A stretch of 20,000 nt of DNA from an uncultured Pseudomonadota bacterium (GTDB taxonomy: Bacteria; Babelota; Babeliae; Babelales; JAUPTZ01): positions 44,906-64,905 of the forward strand of contig CAYSBJ010000003.1 in assembly GCA_964429275.1 (NCBI GenBank). Direction: 5' to 3'. A program made the position numbers and the translations under genes. This document shows, piece after piece, positions 16,936-20,000 of this stretch. The notes under the pieces were generated by a model. The model saw only the letters and a program-made list of their open reading frames with translations. It was not told where the DNA came from and searched no databases. How positions within the stretch are numbered: the stretch's first letter is position 1; each line of letters begins with the position of its first letter.

Positions 16936-16958
16936 AAAACGTGAGCGAGGAATGTACT

Positions 16959-17660
16959 TTAATTTGCGCGGCAAGTCAAAATATTTTTATCCTTTTTGGT
17001 GATCAGCTCATTTTCTTCCATAAATCGAGCTACTTTTTGTGCTAATTCTGCCATGCGGGTTGGGTTGTTGGCAAAATCTTCGGTGACGTCCAAGACGAGG
17101 ACTGGTACGGTGCTGATTTCAGGGGCAATGCCGGCTTTATGCATGAGGAATTGTTCGTGCCAGTGATGAATTTTCTCAAGATAATCGAGTGGGATACCGG
17201 ATTCGCCGTTGCGGTTGCGTTTGGCAATGCGGGCATTACAGATCGCGGGCGTAGTGCGTAAGTAGATGAATCCACTGGGCGGGGTGCTCTTGCTGGCGAA
17301 AATGAAATCTACCCATTGTTGGTATACATCCCATTCTACGGTGGTGAAGTAGCCTTCTTCCTTGCCGTTGAGCGCAAAGCAATAGTGGCCAGAATAAAGT
17401 GATCGCTCCATTACATGAAAGGGAGAGTGGGTATTTTTGCCCAAATAATCGCGTGAGCGGCAGAGCATCGCGAGGGTTTCGATGGTATAGGCCCAGCGAT
17501 GAGGGTCGGTATAAAATTGTTCGAGGAGTGATTTGCCATAGTTTTGGCGTGCCCACGTATCCACTGGTTCAAGCGAATAGGTGATGTGCGGAAGGTAGGA
17601 GCTTAAAAGTGTAATAAATGTTGATTTTCCCGCGCCAATATTGCCTTCAACGATGTACAT
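16959..17660 (-). CDS. Deoxynucleoside kinase (dNK; dAK/dCK/dGK family)
   Basis: Start ATG 17660 after AAGGA; EGNIGAGKST P-loop; EPVDTW; FY.DP.RW; ERS; YLR..P..C..RI.KR.R.GE lid. Confidence 0.93.
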   Translation of the reverse strand: MYIVEGNIGAGKSTFITLLSSYLPHITYSLEPVDTWARQNYGKSLLEQFYTDPHRWAYTIETLAMLCRSRDYLGKNTHSPFHVMERSLYSGHYCFALNGKEEGYFTTVEWDVYQQWVDFIFASKSTPPSGFIYLRTTPAICNARIAKRNRNGESGIPLDYLEKIHHWHEQFLMHKAGIAPEISTVPVLVLDVTEDFANNPTRMAELAQKVARFMEENELITKKDKNILTCRAN

Positions 17661-17802
17661 ACCAGGTCCTTTTTGATGAAAATGAATGGGCCACACTATA
17701 ACCCAAAATAAGAAAATTGCAGCTCCTTTTCATAAAAAATTCTGGCGCCCGATGGCAGGGGTGTGGTAAGGATGAGGCAACTAGTAAGGGTTTGGAGGAA
17801 AT

Positions 17803-18858
17803 ATGAAAAAAAAAAGTCTACATTTTTTGTGGAAAGCTATTTGTATCGCTTTTGCGGGAGTACTGACGGTGGTGTGTATCGGCTATTATTTTGCTGCACC
17901 AAGTGGTCCGGTGTCGGTTCGCGTTGGGTTTGTACTAGCGCGTAATGTGTATGCCCACGGGAAGGCATATGAGGGCTTTTTGCGTAAGCACTCACAGGTT
18001 GAAAAAAAGCGAGTGTATGATGTACGCCCGTTTTACTTTCAGGAGGATGAACCGACAAGCTTAGCGAGCATTGTAAAAGAGTTGCGCGGGTGGAAGCCTG
18101 ATGTGGTCGTAGTCGATGGATATTTTGCTACACCCTATGTAGCGCGTGAAATGCCTGACTATCCCGTTGTCTTTATTGGTGTTGACGACTGTGTTGAGCG
18201 AAAGTTGGTGGACTCCTTTGAGCGCCCGGGAGGTCATGTAACTGGTGTGATTTCGGGTTCATATGACCGCCTTGCGATGGCGGCGATGCTCCAAGTGGTG
18301 AAGCCGGGAGCGTGCAATGTGTTGCTACCGTATGACTTGAACGATGACGTTGGGGGCCTTGTTGTGAGGGACGCGCGAGCAGTGAAGCGGTTTCTTGCAC
18401 GAGAAAAAGTGAATACAACGATTTTTCCTATTTCTGATATGGCTCACGCTTTGGAGGAGATAGCACCGTTATTACAAAGTCATGATGTCCTTTTGACTCT
18501 TGAGTGTGATCCGTTGGAGTACTTGATTGAGCCATTAGTGGCGCTGTGTGAGAAGACAGAGACAACTTTTTTCCCCGGCAGTTTGGGGGGGATGGAGGCG
18601 GGAGCGATGTTTGCGTTTGGTGGCCATGCGCAGGTTCCTGGCAAAATGGCTTTTGTATTAGTGCAAAAAATAGTTGAGGAGGGGATTCTCCCGGCAGATC
18701 TGCCCATTGCTAAGGTGACGGGCCATCGGCAGTTTGTGATCAATGCGAGCAAGGCGGCAGCCCAGCATATGCAGCCAGTAAACGAGCAGGCGGTTCGATT
18801 GCGCTTGTTGCGATACAACAGCAGCGCACCTTTTGAGCTTAACCTTAAAATAGTGTAA
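17803..18858 (+). CDS. ABC transporter substrate-binding protein (ABC_sub_bind-like), orphan
   Basis: N-terminal TM; PVVFIGV.D.V...LVDSFERPGGHVTGV; I.EEGILPADLPI; FVINASKAA. GGAGG RBS. Confidence 0.85.
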   Translation: MKKKSLHFLWKAICIAFAGVLTVVCIGYYFAAPSGPVSVRVGFVLARNVYAHGKAYEGFLRKHSQVEKKRVYDVRPFYFQEDEPTSLASIVKELRGWKPDVVVVDGYFATPYVAREMPDYPVVFIGVDDCVERKLVDSFERPGGHVTGVISGSYDRLAMAAMLQVVKPGACNVLLPYDLNDDVGGLVVRDARAVKRFLAREKVNTTIFPISDMAHALEEIAPLLQSHDVLLTLECDPLEYLIEPLVALCEKTETTFFPGSLGGMEAGAMFAFGGHAQVPGKMAFVLVQKIVEEGILPADLPIAKVTGHRQFVINASKAAAQHMQPVNEQAVRLRLLRYNSSAPFELNLKIV

Positions 18859-18874
18859 GGAAAGTGCGTTGCTA

Positions 18875-18902
18875 TGGACATTTTGCCTGGGAATGCTATT
18901 CT
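18875..18902 (+). promoter_or_regulatory. Candidate sigma70 promoter (extended -10)
   Basis: TGGACA-16 nt-TATTCT, with TG-C immediately before the -10. Confidence 0.4.
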
Positions 18903-18964
18903 GAAGTCAACGTTTTGGTGAGAGTGATGAGATTTTAGTATTTGTAGCCAAAAGGAGCTGCCTC

Positions 18965-19177
18965 ATGTCGATGGAAAGCTTAAAAGTAATGTTTACCCTG
19001 TCGCGTGAAGATGCCTACAGCCTTGCCTGTATTGCCGAGCACGACGGAATGACGATGCAAACATTGGTTCGCAAAGTTGTGTTGGATGAAATTAAACGGC
19101 GTGAAGATGAATTGCATGTTGCCGAACACGGTGCTGGTTGTACCTCGTGTAAGCCGCGGCGGAGATATGGGGAATGA
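18965..19177 (+). CDS. Small RHH-like (CopG/antitoxin-like) protein with C-terminal CxxC
   Basis: AAGGAG RBS; alternating strand LKVMFTLS, helix REDAYSLACIAEHDG, helix MTMQTLVRKVVLDEIKRRED; ATGA overlap with nfo. Confidence 0.65.
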   Translation: MSMESLKVMFTLSREDAYSLACIAEHDGMTMQTLVRKVVLDEIKRREDELHVAEHGAGCTSCKPRRRYGE

Positions 19178-20000
19178 AAAAAGATCTTTTTGGTGCTCAC
19201 TTGTCGGTTGCTGGTGGGCTTCATACAGTTTTTAAGCGTGCGGCGGAGGTTGGCGCCCATGTGGTGCAAATTTTTACCAAAAGTAATCAGTCTTATTTTG
19301 CCAAGCCTATTGCGTCTGAAGATGCTGCCGCGTTTGTAGAAGCGTGGAAGCAGAGTGATGTAAGTGTCGTAGTTACGCATGCTGCTTATCTCATTAACCT
19401 GGCGGCTTCCAATAGTGAGGTTGAGAAAAAATCGATTAATTCTTTGCAGCACGAACTTGAGCGCTGCGTTCAGTTAAAAATTCCATATCTTGTTTTACAT
19501 CCTGGTGCTCATACTGGGCGCGGTGTTGAGTCTGGCATTGCGCAAATCGCGTGCAACCTGTCCGAGGCTTTGCACAAGGTTCCGGGAGATACGGTTGTTT
19601 TGCTGGAAGCCGCTGCTGGTCAAGGCACAACGCTTGGTCGAACATTCCAAGAGCTGCGTGCGATGTACGATGCGTGCGACGAAAAAATACGTCATCGTGT
19701 GGGAATATGTTTAGATACCTGTCATGTTTTTGCGGCCGGTTACAACTTAGATTCTGTTGCCGCATATCATGCGATGATGAAAGAGTTTGACGCCATTATT
19801 GGGCGCACATTACTTAAAGTTGTGCACTTGAACGATTCTCTGTTTGAGGTTGGCTGTGGCAAAGATCGTCATGCAAATCTTAAACAGGGAAAGATTCCAT
19901 TCGAAGTGCTGCATGCTTGCGCGCATGATATGAATGAACGCGGGATTGCGGTTATTCTTGAAACGCCGTCAGAAGATGGAGTGACTGAATACACACAAGA
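19174..20000 (+). CDS. nfo: Endonuclease IV (AP endonuclease), 3' truncated by the window
   Basis: Manual translation: GAHLSVAGG, QIFTKS, HAAYLINLA, VLHPG, LLE.AAGQG, CLDTCHVFAAGY, HLNDS, KDRHANL, ILETP. Confidence 0.96.
   Translation, partial: MKKDLFGAHLSVAGGLHTVFKRAAEVGAHVVQIFTKSNQSYFAKPIASEDAAAFVEAWKQSDVSVVVTHAAYLINLAASNSEVEKKSINSLQHELERCVQLKIPYLVLHPGAHTGRGVESGIAQIACNLSEALHKVPGDTVVLLEAAAGQGTTLGRTFQELRAMYDACDEKIRHRVGICLDTCHVFAAGYNLDSVAAYHAMMKEFDAIIGRTLLKVVHLNDSLFEVGCGKDRHANLKQGKIPFEVLHACAHDMNERGIAVILETPSEDGVTEYTQ

Noticed and set aside
19015..19790. Several short ORFs listed over the right end
   Set aside because: They are shadows of nfo, which the track missed because it has no stop inside the window.

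Overview
Bacterial chromosomal core region of 20 kb. The gene content suggests a small-genome, host-associated diderm such as Ca. Dependentiae/Babeliae; this is inference only. From left to right it holds: a partial gene end; a hypothetical protein; a partial type II secretion (T2SS) cluster gspF-G-H-I-J-K; a long MlaD/MCE protein; three to four small orphan genes, three with signal peptides; ybeY and a short type-2 valS; an M50 site-2-protease homolog lacking its HEXXH motif; tyrS; a membrane protein; tRNA-Asp/Asn/Val; a deoxynucleoside kinase; an orphan ABC substrate-binding protein; a small ribbon-helix-helix (RHH)-like gene; and nfo (truncated). The most striking unannotated structure is a family of palindromic repeats built from a ~35-nt unit, resembling Rickettsia palindromic elements (RPE)/REP, present four times. 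One copy lies in frame inside the cleavable prepilin leader of GspJ.
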